DNA from: Thelocarpon superellum
Taxonomy: Eukaryota
Direction: 5' to 3'
Assembly: GCA_026025795.1 (NCBI GenBank)
Contig: JAPEUG010000011.1
Span: 1-64,000 of the forward strand
DNA length: 64,000 bases
Numbering within the stretch: position 1 is the first letter of the stretch; the number at the start of each line of letters is the position of its first letter. Below the pieces are notes generated by a model, which was not told the origin of the DNA, made no database searches, and saw only the letters and a program-made list of their open reading frames with translations. Made by a program: the position numbers and the translations under genes. Of the stretch, positions 50,405 to 63,400 are shown in pieces.

Positions 50405-51300
50405 ATGGGAGGCACCATGTGGGAGGTCGATCCGGAAACGAAAAGCAAGGTACGGTGCATGGTCCGCGTCGTTAGGCGGTCCCCAACCCCATCACGCCGC
50501 CACACAGGGTCCCGCTTTGATGCTGGCAGAATTCGACCATGGAACGAGCGCACGCTGACGATTCCCTGGTCTGCGGTAGCTCCTTGCGATCCAGAAGAAA
50601 GATGGCAATAGTACCTGCTGCGACTGCGGGGCACCCGCGCCTCAATGGGTAAGATGGCGATCCTGTCCGGCATCATCAGCCCCTCGGCCCCCTTGCTCAT
50701 CCCATCATGCAACAGGCATCGCCCAAGTTTGGCATCTTCATCTGCCTCACCTGCGCCGGTACGCATCGGGGGCTGGGCGTGCACATCTCGTTCGTGCGCA
50801 GCATCACCATGGACGCTTTCAAGACCAACGAGATCCTGCGCATGGACAAGGGCGGCAACAAGGCGTGGCGGAGCTTCTTCGAGGAGCATGCCACGACCAA
50901 GCTGAGCGGCGTGGACTGGGAGGGCTCGACCATCGCCGAACGCTACGGCGGCGAGGTCGGCGAAGAATGGAAGGAGCGTCTGACTGCGCGCGTCGAGGAC
51001 CGCGAGTACGTGCCGGGCGAGAAGCAGGAGAAGACGACGAGCGCGGCGGCTAGCCGCACCGCCACGCCGTTGGGCCAGGCCAAGGGTATCTCGCCCCAGT
51101 CCGTTGGACCCTCGTCGCTCCGGGACTCGTCGCCGTTCATCCCGTCGCCGGGCAGCGGCGGGCGCAAGACGCAGAATGAAGCCTACTTTGCCAAACTCGG
51201 CTCTGAGAACGCCAATCGGCCGGGCGACCTGCCCCCTAGCCAAGGTGGGAAGTATGCGGGGTTCGGCAGCTCGCCGGCAGTTGAGCCGGAAGGGAGCCGT

Positions 51301-51334
<34 letters not shown>

Positions 51335-51872
51335 GGGCGTTACCCGGGCTGGACGATCTGCAGAAGGACCCTCTGGCCGCCGTATCCAAGGGCTTCGGCT
51401 GGTTCGCCTCGGCCGTGGGCAAGGGAGCCAAGTCCGTGAATGACGACTTCATCGTGCCCACGGCGCAAAAGGTACGTTTGTGCGCTCCTACGATTCTGCA
51501 CCTGCTGACATGGGGATCTAATAGCTGGCGGAAGCCGACATTACGTCAACGGCACGCACCCACGCCACTACACTGGGACAGACCCTACAAGCCGGGACCA
51601 AGGGGGCAGCAGACACCTTCAGCCGGTTCGTCGAAGGCGACGACGGCCCGCGTCCGCGCGGGCGAGGCCAAGTCCCCATAGACGAAAGCAAGAAGGATTT
51701 CTGGGACAGCTTTGGAGGCGCGGGCCCCACCGCCGCTGCCGCGCCTGATCCGCCCAAACCTAGCGCCATTGGTACGGCGGCAATGCGGAAGGGAGGCGGA
51801 GGTGGCGGCGGTGGTGGTGGTGGAAAAGGCAAGGCAGGGAAAGACGAGGAATGGGAGAACGAGAATTGGTAG
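50405..51872 (+). CDS. GCS1: ArfGAP zinc-finger protein (Gcs1/ArfGAP1), 4 exons
   Basis: [73 protein letters not shown], acidic-Trp tail. Introns 50450-50579, 50649-50715, 51472-51524. Confidence 0.96.
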
Positions 51873-52032
51873 ATACGATACGATACGAGATCAGTCTTGG
51901 TTGGAACTCTCTACACGAATAAGAACAAAGAGCGGTACGGGAAGGAAAATGAAGCAATCAAAACCCCAGTCTGCCTGTCTACAAGACTAGTATCAGGAGG
52001 CCTGGACGTGGGCATGGCCGGGTGAACGTGAC

Positions 52033-55000
52033 TCAAACACCCCTGACCTCAGCCAACACAGCCCGTTCGCGCTGCTTAGCCATGCGCTCGAAGCGATCAA
52101 CGGCCATGACGAAGGTGCCGCGACCGCCCGTCAAACTGCGCAGGTGCTTCAGGTAGCCCACCATTTCCTTGAGCGGTACGCGGGCGCTGATGGCGCGTTG
52201 TGGTCGTTGTTGTTGCGTCTGCTGTGCCGCATTCGACGTGCTGGTACCGATACTGGCCGCGTTGGTGTCGCTGCCGAATGGATCAGGAGGGGTGTAGATC
52301 CTATGTGCGGGTATAGAGGGAGCTCGAGTCACGAGGGAAGCGCCGGCGGCGGCGGTAGAAGAGGTGTGGGAGCTTGAGGAGGTGGCAGAGGGTGACCCCG
52401 ACGACGGAAGGGAAGCGGACGCCTCACTTGAAAGAGAGAGGATGTGGCCGCCCCTCGCCGAACTGAGATCGTGCACAACAGCACCCAGGTGGGCCTCGTC
52501 AACGCTGATGTGCACGGCCATGACGGGTTCCATGAGGCCAGAGCCTGGCGGGGAAGTGGCGGCGAGCGAGAGCGCGGCGCGCGTAGCCTGACGTGCCGCT
52601 GTCGTCAGCGCCGCGGGTGTGGAGAGTGTGCCGTGGAGGTCGCGGGCAGGGTCGAGGGTGAGAGATACAGCGACGTCGTGGACGGGATAGAGAAAGGTGG
52701 GGCCGCTGGATAGGGCGGCGAAAGCGCCCGTGCTCAGGGCCGTGACGAGGGAGTCGAGAGAGAGATGGGGCGGTAGGGATGGCGGCTCAGGCGCGAGCAG
52801 CGCGGGGATGTGCACCGTCACGCGATTGCCGTCCCGAGTGATGCTGGATTGGGCAGACGACTGATTCCCATCGAGATCATCAGTCGTGTCGGTCTTCGTG
52901 CTGTCCATGGGAGCCACGGAGGCTTCGCATCCTGCTTTGGCTTTCTTGCTTGCGAGTTCGCGGTCGAAGAGCGCGTGGGAGGGACCGGCCGGGCTGGAGA
53001 TGGTCTCCCGGTAGCCAATCTCGATGCGGCCCATGGACGCCTTGGCGTGGAAGTCATTGATGAGTCTGTCGCGAGCGATCTCGAGATGCAGATCGCCCAT
53101 TCCGCTTAGGAGCGTCTGGCCTGAGTCTTCGTCGATGGCAACATGCAGGCTCGGATCTTCGCGGAGGAGGAGGTCAAGGCCTTCACTGAGGTGCTTCTCC
53201 TCGCTCAGGCTGGCTGGCTCGATGCCGGCGAAGAAGACGGGTGGCGGCACTTCGATCGGACGGAGCTGAAGAGTGTTGAGTGGTGCCGGGGGCCCGGTCT
53301 TGGGGTTCGCTCCGCCGTATGAGATCAGCGTGTCGCCGGTCCGGGCGAATTTGAGGCCAGCAATCACTCCGATCTGGCCGGCGGGAATCGAATCGATCTC
53401 TACGGCGTCCGAGGCATACATGCGCAGCAGTCGAGGCGCACGCTCTGAGACGTGGAGCTGCGTGTTATATAGAAGAGCATTGCGTGTGATTTGGCCCGAA
53501 TAGACCCGGACGTATACCAGCACGCCGCGTCGAGGGTCGTTGACCACTTTGAAGGCTAGTGCACAGCATTCCAGACCTTTCACGAGGGATGGCGAAGTCG
53601 AGGCCAGTGGTCGGGACACCTTCCTCGGCTGGTGCCTCTTGCGTCCGGCCCCAATGTCGAGGTCCATCTTCCCTTCCATGAGATCACTCAGCCGGCCCGT
53701 CATAGCACCGAGCGTGATATCCGGATCCGGTCTTTCCGCAGCTTCGGGGAGTAGGTCGACAATGGCGTCCAGGAGCGGTTGGACGCCGATATTCCGGAAG
53801 CTTGCGCCGGCAAACACCGGGGCGATCGTGGCGGAGCCATCGATAGTGCACCGTCGGAGGCTCTCGGTAAGATCCGCGCCGGGGATCGCCAAGTGATCCT
53901 CATCGTACTCGAGGAACTTCTCAACCATTTGGTCATCATGCTCGCTCAGCACTTCCACCAAGGCCGCGCGGGCCTTTTTGATCTCCTGGGCAAATGCTGG
54001 TGCCTCGGTCTCGAGTTGAGTTATATCCAGCATCTTCACCGACTTGCCATCGCCACCCTCATCCCACCTTAAGCCCCGCAGGCCAATGACGTCGGCGACA
54101 CCGATGAATCGACCGTTTCCCTTCTCCCACCATGGGATCTGGCACACGGCTGGCCACGCCTTGAGGCGCGAACCAATTTCTTGGACGGTCTTGCGAAAGG
54201 CTGCACCATCTCGATCGAGCTTATTGATGTAGATGATGCGCGGGATGTGATAAGCGCTGGCTTGGTGCCAGACCTTTTCCGTCTGCGCCTCGACGCCAGC
54301 CACGCCGTCGAGGATACAGACAGCGCCATCGAGCACCCGCAGTGACCGTAAGACTTCAAATGTGAAATCTGCATGGCCCGGGGTATCAATCAGATTGATC
54401 GTGTGAGGCGTCAATGATCGCGGGCCAGACTGGACGGCCGTGGAGGCACGAGGAAGGCTCTCTTGTGGAAGGGGCGGCCAGTGGAAGGTGATGGCGGCCG
54501 ATTGAATGGTGATGCCTCTAGCTCGTTCCGCGGGCAAAAAGTCGGTGACGGTGGATCCGTCGTCCACATCTAGGAATGGATATCACCGTCAGAGAAATGT
54601 ACTGGAAGACGTTCCCCTCACGGCAGAGAAGGTCACAGGTCCTTTGAAGAGCTTGAGGCGAGGACAAATACATAGCTTCCAGGGGTGGGGGATGAACACG
54701 ATGTGCATATAGAGAACCTTCATTACCTCCTATTCGGCGCGTAAAACCACTGTAGTACAGCATCCGCTCCGTCGTTGTCGTCTTGCCCTGGTCTGAATCA
54801 GAATGGGGCCCAAGATGAGGATGACTTGAGCTCTCACCGCATCAATGTGGGCGATGATTCCGATGTTCCGGGTCCTCGGCGGTCCAAGTCCCACCCTTTC
54901 CTCCTGATTGGTCTGCCTGGAGCCATGGCGGGCGGATTGATGGATGGACCTGCGAAATGGTGCCTCGGAGACCCTGCGCCGTTGACAACAGCTCCTGCAG

Positions 55001-55047
55001 ACCCAGAGACGAAGGCCAACGACCACATTCTGCCGTCTAAAGAACAT
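52033..55047 (-). CDS. MEF2: Mitochondrial elongation factor G2 / ribosome-releasing factor 2, 3 exons
   Basis: [79 protein letters not shown]; Arg-rich presequence. Introns 54788-54837 and 54570-54726. Confidence 0.95.
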
Positions 55048-55554
55048 TGGCGAGGGATCAAGCCCCTTCTCATACTTTGTACCAGAGAGGACCTTCCCAA
55101 AGAAAAGGTGAAGATGATTTACAGGTCGTCCATGGAGAGATCTTGTTCTGCTGTCATCAAAGGCAATGCCCTCGTTGAAGTCTTGGGCAGATCACGTGTG
55201 CTGCTCTGCCAAATATACAGGCGGCGGGGCTCTCCTGCGATAACACGTCCGCAGCCAATGCGTACACCGTGGGCTGAATAGTGCGGGTGGATTCATCGAG
55301 TTCTTGGTTGCCTTGGGGCAGCTCCTCGTGCTTACGAGTTTACTTCATGTCGCTGGGGCTCCCCCGTAAACGCGCGTCTCTCTCGGCTGACAAGCGTTGA
55401 TTAGACGATCGGACGAGCATCGGAACTCTTGCTCCCCGACAGAAATAGATACAAAGTACATTTCGCCGGGTCGTTTCGTGCTCTCGTCGTGTAACATCAG
55501 CGGCCCCTCAGCTCACGCGGAGACACTGGGAGGCGGGTCGAAGCCAAGTTCAAG

Positions 55555-57498
55555 ATGGATTACTCTTCCCTACCCCACGATTCGGACCAACCCACAGGCT
55601 CGTCGCCGTGGGCGTCACCCCCCTCCGCGTCCGTGTCGTTTCCCAGCATGGCCGGCAGCGATCCCCCCTCGTCGCCGCTTGCTGCTCGACTCTCGCCAGA
55701 TCATCGCGAGACGTCGGGCTTCATGAGTCCAACCGCAGTGGCGCACGACACTTCTGGCGACAATCCATTCCGCGAGGACGCTCATGACGGAGCTGAACAC
55801 GGGGAGAACGGGGCAGACGCGACCCCATCACAGCAACACGAGGACGGTGAACGTAGCCAGCAGTCGCCCTCGCCGGAACAAAAGGCACGCCCGCAACGAT
55901 ATCACGGTGCGGCGAAGCCGGCGTCACGCACCGGTGCGCCGCAGTACAAGCTCCAGGCCAAGATCACTGGTCTGGAGCGGACGGGTCGGAAAGATCCCAT
56001 CTTGAGATTCGATGTCCACGTAAATCATCCCCTACTCACTTGCCATTCCTGCAGACTGACTGAGACTGACTTATGCGGATTAGACCAATCTCCCTCGCTT
56101 CCGGACCACTCAGTTCCGTGACGTGCGCCGCACGCACTCGGAATTCGTCAAGCTGGCTGATCACCTCATCTCCTCCAGCCCGGAAGCCATGGTGCCGGCT
56201 GTGCCCCCGCCGTTGACGTCTGCGGGCGCCGGCACGGACGAGGACGAGGCCCGGGTGAAGGCGTCGTTGCAGCGATGGCTGAACTACGTATGCAGCAACG
56301 ACGTCCTCATACGAGACGAGGAGATGGTGCTGTTCGTCGAGAGCGATTTTGGCTACAGCCCCATGGTGCGACGGAAGCAGCCGGCTACGGGCGTGCGAAG
56401 AAAGGTCATCAAGCAGTTTGCGCCGCCCCCGGACGACACACCCGAACTGCAAGACGCCCGGCCGGTGGTGAAGCTGTTCTATCTGGGCACGATGGAAGCA
56501 GGGCAGAAGGTCGATCGAGTAGTCAAGGCGCGGCGCAGTACGTCCCCACCACACCCCTCCGTATCCTCCTGTCGCTCATAACTGAATCCCGGACAGGTCT
56601 GGGACTGGCCGAATCGGATCTCGGGGTCAAACTGGGGCAGATGCATGTGCAGGAGACGCACCCGGGCCTCCGCAACGCATACCGGAAGCTCGGAAAGACC
56701 ATCCAAACCACGGGCGACTACCACGCGGCGCAAGGGACAGCAGAGGCGACAACGATCGGGGATCCCCTCCAGTACCACTCGTCAGACGCGTTCATCGTCA
56801 AGGAGACGTTGACCAACCGGCACATCCTCCTCCGGGACCTTCTCCAAGCCCAGCAGTCGACGAAGAGCAAACTCGCGGCCACCGATCGACTGAAAGCCGC
56901 CACCTCAGTGAAGCGGGATAAAGTCGACGAAGCTCTCAACGCGCTCGACGAAGCGCGATCCACCGAGTCCTACCTGACGCAGAAGACGCAACGCGTGACG
57001 GCCAACCTGGTACAAGAACGACGGCGATGGTTCACACGCACGGCAGCCGACATGCGCCAGAGCATCCGGGAGTACGTGCTGCGGCAGATCGAAGCGGAAC
57101 GGCGCACGCTAGCAACACTGGAGATGGTACGGCCCGACATCCGCGCCATCGACTCCTCAGGCGGCCTGAGCCGACTCGGGCGCGAATCGCATCCCGCGGC
57201 ACGACGGGCCAGTCTGGCAGCCAGCCAGGGACCCAAGGGCGACGCGTGGAGCGGGGTCCCGCGGCGGCCTGACGGCCTCAATCGGAGCATCTCGGGAAGC
57301 ATGGTCAGCACGGTGGGCGAAGCGGACGAAGACGACGACGCCGCAGAGGGCGAGCCAGAGCGCGGTGGGGCACGCGCGGCTCGCAGCGTTGCCGTCGCCA
57401 GTCCCGGTGGCGCTTTGGAGGGCCTGAAGGAGGAAGACGACGATGATCGAATCGATGCCAAGAACGCTGCCAGTCGGCTTGCGACCAGTACTTTCTAG
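55555..57498 (+). CDS. VPS17: Retromer SNX-BAR subunit Vps17, 3 exons
   Basis: YKLQAKITGLERTGRKDPILRFDVHTNLPRFRT (PX), FVESDFGYSP, APPPDDTPEL, DAFIVKETLTNRH (BAR), IDAKNAASRLA. Introns 56020-56083 and 56538-56596. Confidence 0.95.
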
Positions 57499-58129
57499 AC
57501 TGGGAAAGAAGAGTCGGGAGTGGGGGGAAGGGACGGGGGGGAAAGGAAGTTATGACAAGCCGTGAGAACGACGGAAAGGGGAGAGCAGGGGGGAAGGGAA
57601 AGGGACAAGGAGGCGAGCCATTCTATAACTCTTTTTTTGTGTGCGTGTCCGCTTCTTCTGTTCCTCTGCCGGCCTGTCGAGTCGAGTTGTGTTGTTCCAT
57701 TCTGTCGACTGAAGAGTGCCTCACCCACCCTTACAACCATGACCATGCCCGTGAGAGTGACCATGACCTCTCAATCCACTTCAATAACATCGATCCGTAA
57801 TCCTCATTGCAGGATACAAAACACCCGATGGGAGGAAAGATGTTCACGTTATCCGTCTCTCCGCTTACTTTGCCCGCGTCACTTGATTCCCTGCTTGCTG
57901 AATCCTTGCGGTTGGAACGAATGAAGTGAACGTAATGCCTTGATGCCTGCATGCTTTGATATCGTCGTTATGTCTCCCTTCCGTTCCGTTCCTTTCCTTT
58001 CCGTCGCCATCCTCCCATGTGGTCACTGTACTGCCTTCCGAGTCGTCCTTCATCCCTATCCGTCTTTCCCTTCTATACCCTTCCCCAAAGCCTGCCGTCC
58101 CTAACCATGAGCATCATCACACCAGAGAC

Positions 58130-58164
<35 letters not shown>

Positions 58165-58176
58165 GAGAGAGAGAGA
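58130..58176. repeat. (GA)n microsatellite
   Basis: About 23 GA units with one interruption. Confidence 0.95.
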
Positions 58177-58653
58177 AATGTGTAGGAGATGAGAGAGGGG
58201 AGTAGAGGAAAGATACCGAGAGAGAGGAGAAATGAGAGATTAAAGTAAAGAACAGGAGAAACGGGAAAAGGAAAGAGATTCTTCGACCAGAGTATTCCCA
58301 CCATTCCATTCCGTGCTGCCCATCCCGTTCTTTAGTTCGCAAGTCGTAAATGGAGAAAAACGCCCCAGCGTCTTTACTGTATCGTACTGTCCCGTACCGT
58401 ACCGCACCAGACCGACCTGAACCTACCAAGGCCAATGCCAATGCTATGCAAAGCGCAAGCTATGTGCGAGAAAAAGAAGAAGAGCCGCCGTAGGAGGGGG
58501 GAGCTCCATGTGCGAAGAGGGGAGTGGTCAGGGGGAGAGTGAGCCCACTGACGCCATTATTCGCAGCTTCAGTATTAGGGCAGCGTCGTCTCGTACCAGG
58601 TAGTGTGGTAGAGGGGACCAGTGTGTAGGTGGGTGGGGTCCGTGTCACATCGT

Positions 58654-60439
58654 TTATTGATCGGGGTTCGCGAGCTGGCAGGGCATCAGCAACGGACAGT
58701 GCATCGAGGAGATGGACCGCACTCACCCGTAGTACTCTTCGCGAATAGTCCCGATCGTCTTGGAGACTCCGAACACTGACTCGACTGGAATTGTCGTGTA
58801 TGGGGTTCCACAATGTCCCCGGGTCTAAACGCTGGTCCACGATCCGAGCGTTGCTGCTCCGTCGATCGGGGCTGGTGGGGCTGTCGCCAGACACGCCTGC
58901 GCCGCCCCACATGCCGGTCGACAGGCGGGGGAGTGATTTCGAACCCAACGTATCTTTGTCATCACTGATCAGACCCAGCTCGCTCATCGACCGACTCCGC
59001 GTCCGCGGAGGGCTACCGCCGGTCGTATGAGAGCCGGGGGCGAACAAGGCCGGATGACGTCGACGCCAGCACCAAAGTAGAATGCCCGCGGCCGTCAAGA
59101 GGATGATGACTGCTAATCCGACAAACAGTCCGGCCACCTTGCCGGCGCTGTTAAAGAACGTGCTCGTAGGCTTCTGCGTCACCGGCGCACTGGATGGCGG
59201 AGGCGCCGTGGGTGTGATAGTGACCGTCTGCAACCCCCCGGTGACGGTCATGACACTGGTCACGGGAGTGGGAGTCCAGGTACTCGTTTGGCTCGAGGAG
59301 GTAGAAGAGCTGGACGTCGAGGAGGTACTCGAGGTGGTAGGAGCGGAAAACGATGTGGTTGGGGGCGCGGTGGATGTTGGTGCCGAAGAGGCCGACGTCT
59401 GTGCATCCCAATCAGTCATGTTGATGTTTGGAGACATAATGACATCAGGGTGTGGTCATGCGGGTCCGCTGATGCGGGGATTAATACAAAAAGAAATCGT
59501 ACAGAGAAAGTCGCAGATGGGGCCGACGTTGTTATCGCTGTCCTCAAGACAGTAACCGAAATCGGAGTGGCAAGGATGCTCTGGACATTGAGAGATGTGA
59601 GACGAAGGGTCGACATAGCCATCGAAGTAGACGAGGTATATGAGGTGCCCAGAGATATAGTGGAGGGCGTCTGACGCGCCATCGTAACCGAGGGGATCGG
59701 AGATGGCGCCTGCAACGAGGACATGGAAGGAGAAGAAGACGAGAAAGAGAAAGAGGAGATAGATGAGGATGCGCCCAAAGACGGCGACCGACTGGGTGAC
59801 GGGACCGTCGTCACGGGACCGGAGGTCGAAGACGCAAAGGTCCCGATGGCCATGGAAAGAGACGCGAAGAGAGAATGAAGGAAATGTGGAGAGAGAGAAG
59901 AGACGTTGGCAGATGACGGGGAAGCGGGGGATAGTAGGGAGGATCCCAGGGAAGAACTACTAACCGCCTGAGAGCTCGACTGATCCGTGCTACTTGGGGC
60001 GTCGCTGCTCGATCCACCCTGGGTGCCGGACGGGGCAAGGTCCAGCGCAATGTATCCGAAGAGATTGGCCGACGCCGAGCCACATTTTTCCTTGGGGAAG
60101 CCAGGGCAACTGTCGCTACAGTCATCCGTCGACGTTGTGTCGCCCGGGGCGTAATTAGAGCACCAGCACCCTTGTCCTTGTAGGATGGCAAATGAGTAAT
60201 TCTGTCGACAATTATCCGAACACGCGCCGTTCGATTGCCAAATATTCGTGACTGTGCCAGCGTCAGACGGACATCAATGAGGAACGATTGAGCTGGAGTG
60301 ATCGAGGTAGCGAACCTTGATTGTACGATCCGGCTGTGTTCAGACTCGAGCAGTATTCAACATTCAGTGCTGTCACAGTTTGCAAGATGAGACCGAGGAG
60401 CACCAGGGCCCGGGTCAAAGGTCTACCGCTCATAGCCAT
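58654..60439 (-). CDS. WSC-domain type I membrane protein (Wsc4-like)
   Basis: Signal peptide, WSC domain YCSSLNT..WQSNGACSDNC..FAILQGQGCWCSNYAPG..DCSDSCPGFPKEKCG, Ser/Thr stalk, TM VAGLFVGLAVIILLTAAGILLWCW, tail VDQRLDP..SLQDDRDYSRRVLRLANPD. Introns 60252-60315, 58675-58726 and a central one with acceptor 59399 and donor 59502 or 59964. Confidence 0.92.
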
Positions 60440-63400
60440 GATCCACTTTATGCAGGCATCCGAGCCGACCAAGGAAGTCAAGAACGTCGAGCGACCCCAC
60501 CGAGTGTGAGGGGGCGCGGGAGTCCTGGTCGGAGAGAGTCGTACGTCGCGCTCGCGTCGCCAGTCGTGGTGAATGAAGTAGAGTTCCGATCAAAGAGGCC
60601 GGCCGAATCCGAGAGACGAAGGGGCGATCGGAGGAAGAGTGGGCGGGTGGAAGGGTTAGTTCGTTGTTCAATTAGGACGCGGCGTCGGGATGGCTAGTCA
60701 CGGGTGAGGGAGTGTTGCCCGCAACGAATGCTATGGTCGCGAAGAAAATGAAGATCGGCAATGCTGAGAGTCGCGCTCGAGAAAAGACGAGGGAGAAGTT
60801 GGCGGGGGAAACGGCGGTTGGAGACGTCGATCGGTCGTGAATTAGTCGTTTACTCGACTGGACGAGACGAGGGGCGCGGTCAATTTGGAGCTCCGGAGCG
60901 CCGGCTTGGGGAAAGGTCGGCCCGGGTTGGGTGAATGAAAGACTCCGTCTGGGTGACGCTCGTCACGAGTCGCCTGGAGGAATGGTCCGGTCTCCCTCTG
61001 GACCGAAGCTCTACACCACCACCCCAGCCCCCGAGGCGGAATCAGCGGACGAGGTATCGTCCAGCGTGTGACGAGGGCCACGCGCGATCTCAAAGCACCA
61101 CGGACACGGTCATGACGAAAGGAGGTGCAGAGGGCGACAGAGTCGCCAGGTAGGTCGAGCGGTAGGAGGAGAGGGAGAAGAGGGATTAGGAGAGGAGGAG
61201 ATGGTGGTGGTGGCGGCAGCGAAGGATGGTTGAGAGGATGCGCTGGTGGTGAGGGCGGGCGCTGCTGGAAACTTCCGACTACTCCTTCTCCGCAGGAGAG
61301 AGGCACGGCAGAGACGAGAATGGCAGCGGTGGACGCGCCGACCCTTGCACTCCTCCAGCCACGGCGCACGAGGACCAACGGAATATGGAACCTTTTAACG
61401 AGTTACTCGGAACCGACTCGGAACCGAGGGTGACCCAGGACATCTTTTACATATCGCCCTACGAAACCCACGGCAAACCCAGCGGGCCACTCGCCATTGA
61501 GCCTCCCCCTCATCCTCACGTCGCCGCGACGCTCGTGCCGTGGCTTGTCCGACGCTTCGGCCAGGTAGCCCAGCCAGTGAGCAGGGTGTTGGGGCCCGCC
61601 GCGTAGCAGAATCCGTCATCATCTGGATGGGCGTGCCAACGTTAATCGGCGATGCGCGACGCCTGCAGCTGCAACGGTAGGACCGATAGTGCAGGTAATC
61701 CACTTGGGGGCGCAAGGCCCAGGTGGATTGCGACGGTGCGTTCATTAATTACGCCTGCCTGCCTACTTCCCTGCCTGCCGCGGTCGGCAAATCCATCGTC
61801 GCCGCGTCTCGTCGTGCGTGTCATGCCATGGGGCAGACGCTGCGTGGAGCGTGAAGCCCCGCAGCATTGCCTTTCCCTCTGATCCTAGTCTTACCGCGGA
61901 CGCGAGATGATCCTGACCATGGCACCACGTTGTCATCCAGCGCGCGTCCCAACGAGGAAGCTACCCGGGCCCCCAGCACTATCATGCTTGGATCTCAATT
62001 TCGTCGCGACCACGAAGCGACAGCAGGCGAGAGGAGGAGAGAAGTCGGACGGCCACGGGCGGCGACGACTCGCGAGTGAACGGCAGTCTTGTGAAACCGC
62101 GGTATGCATTGGGTCAGGCGCAAACGCGCGACCGGCAGTGGCCAGCGGCGAAACAATGGACGATTGGGGTAAGAAGCATCGCCTGGTATAGTTGAATGGA
62201 CATGGATCTCCACCCGAGGAGTAAGACTTCGACGTCATCATTCAGTCTTGGGCCCTCGGTGAGGAAAGAGGTAGATACCCTGACGGAGCGGTCCGGTGGC
62301 AATAATCGCGCTTTCGACCGTGCGAACAATGGTTGGTCTTCTTACAGCGTGCGGAGCTTGCGGAGTTCGTGGCGTGAACATAACGTCCAAGCCGCTCGGT
62401 CTGCTCTTCACATGTTGCGTAGGGTTTCTCCTTGCGCCGGCCGTGCCAATGGTCTGTAGAGGGAGTGTCACGTCTGCGCTGTGCGCGTACTCGTTACATG
62501 TGAACCAGACAAGGTTCTGTTACCACCATCACGCCACATTCCAGTGCTTTCCCCGCACACCTCGACAACGCGCACATCTACACCCACCAAGGGCTGGAGG
62601 CCGAGGCTTTCCTACCTGACCGTCCAATGACTGCCACCCCTGGCTGCTTATCAACCGCCACCATGCCAACATGAGAGCTAGTTGTCGGCGGGGTGTTGAC
62701 CGTACAGCTAGACCTGCTTCTTCGTTACATCTTGCATCGCTAGTCGAAGATATGGCTGGTGTCTAAGTATAGACAGATACGAGACGCACAACTGTGGGCC
62801 TCGCATGACGGAGTAAATTCCTGCTGCTCCACGACGACGACCTCGATCGTGGCAACGACAGAGAATGAAGTCTCGTCTCTTGACGCTGTGACGCCGCCAA
62901 GATCGCGCCCACGAAACGCTACCTTTCAGTTATGACAACATCACACTTTGCAACAAACGATTGAAGATGGATGGACTCTTTCGACGTCACAGGCCCGTCA
63001 TTCTACGACGATGATCACCCTACCGAAATTGCGACGCCGATAAGTAAAGGAACTCCGCCAATCACGCTCGTTAAGAAGTCCTTTCGCCAACGCGCGCGCG
63101 CTCTAGTAGTGTGACTTGTGTGTCTCTAATCCGGCAGACCTACCCGCCACCATAACAACATGCCCCATTCGCTGCCAGTCTTTCTCGCCTCCGGAAAGGC
63201 GGTGCTTCGTTTCTACTCTTAGCTCGGAGTCACGACCTCGCGATCTGTGTTTGTCCCACTACCTTGCGCGCTGAGAGTCTACCCGTCGCAAGGAGATTGA
63301 TTTCTCGTCATGCCATGTCGGGGAAATAGAAAATTGAGCAAGCAATTTCTCCGATTCTTCGTCGCAGGGATTTGTGCGGGACAAGCCAAGAGGCGCTCCG

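Noticed and set aside
54570..54726. Longer MEF2 intron as snoRNA host or stwintron
   Set aside because: No proper box C (RUGAUGA), the CTGA coincides with the branch point, and no nested splice sites are needed.
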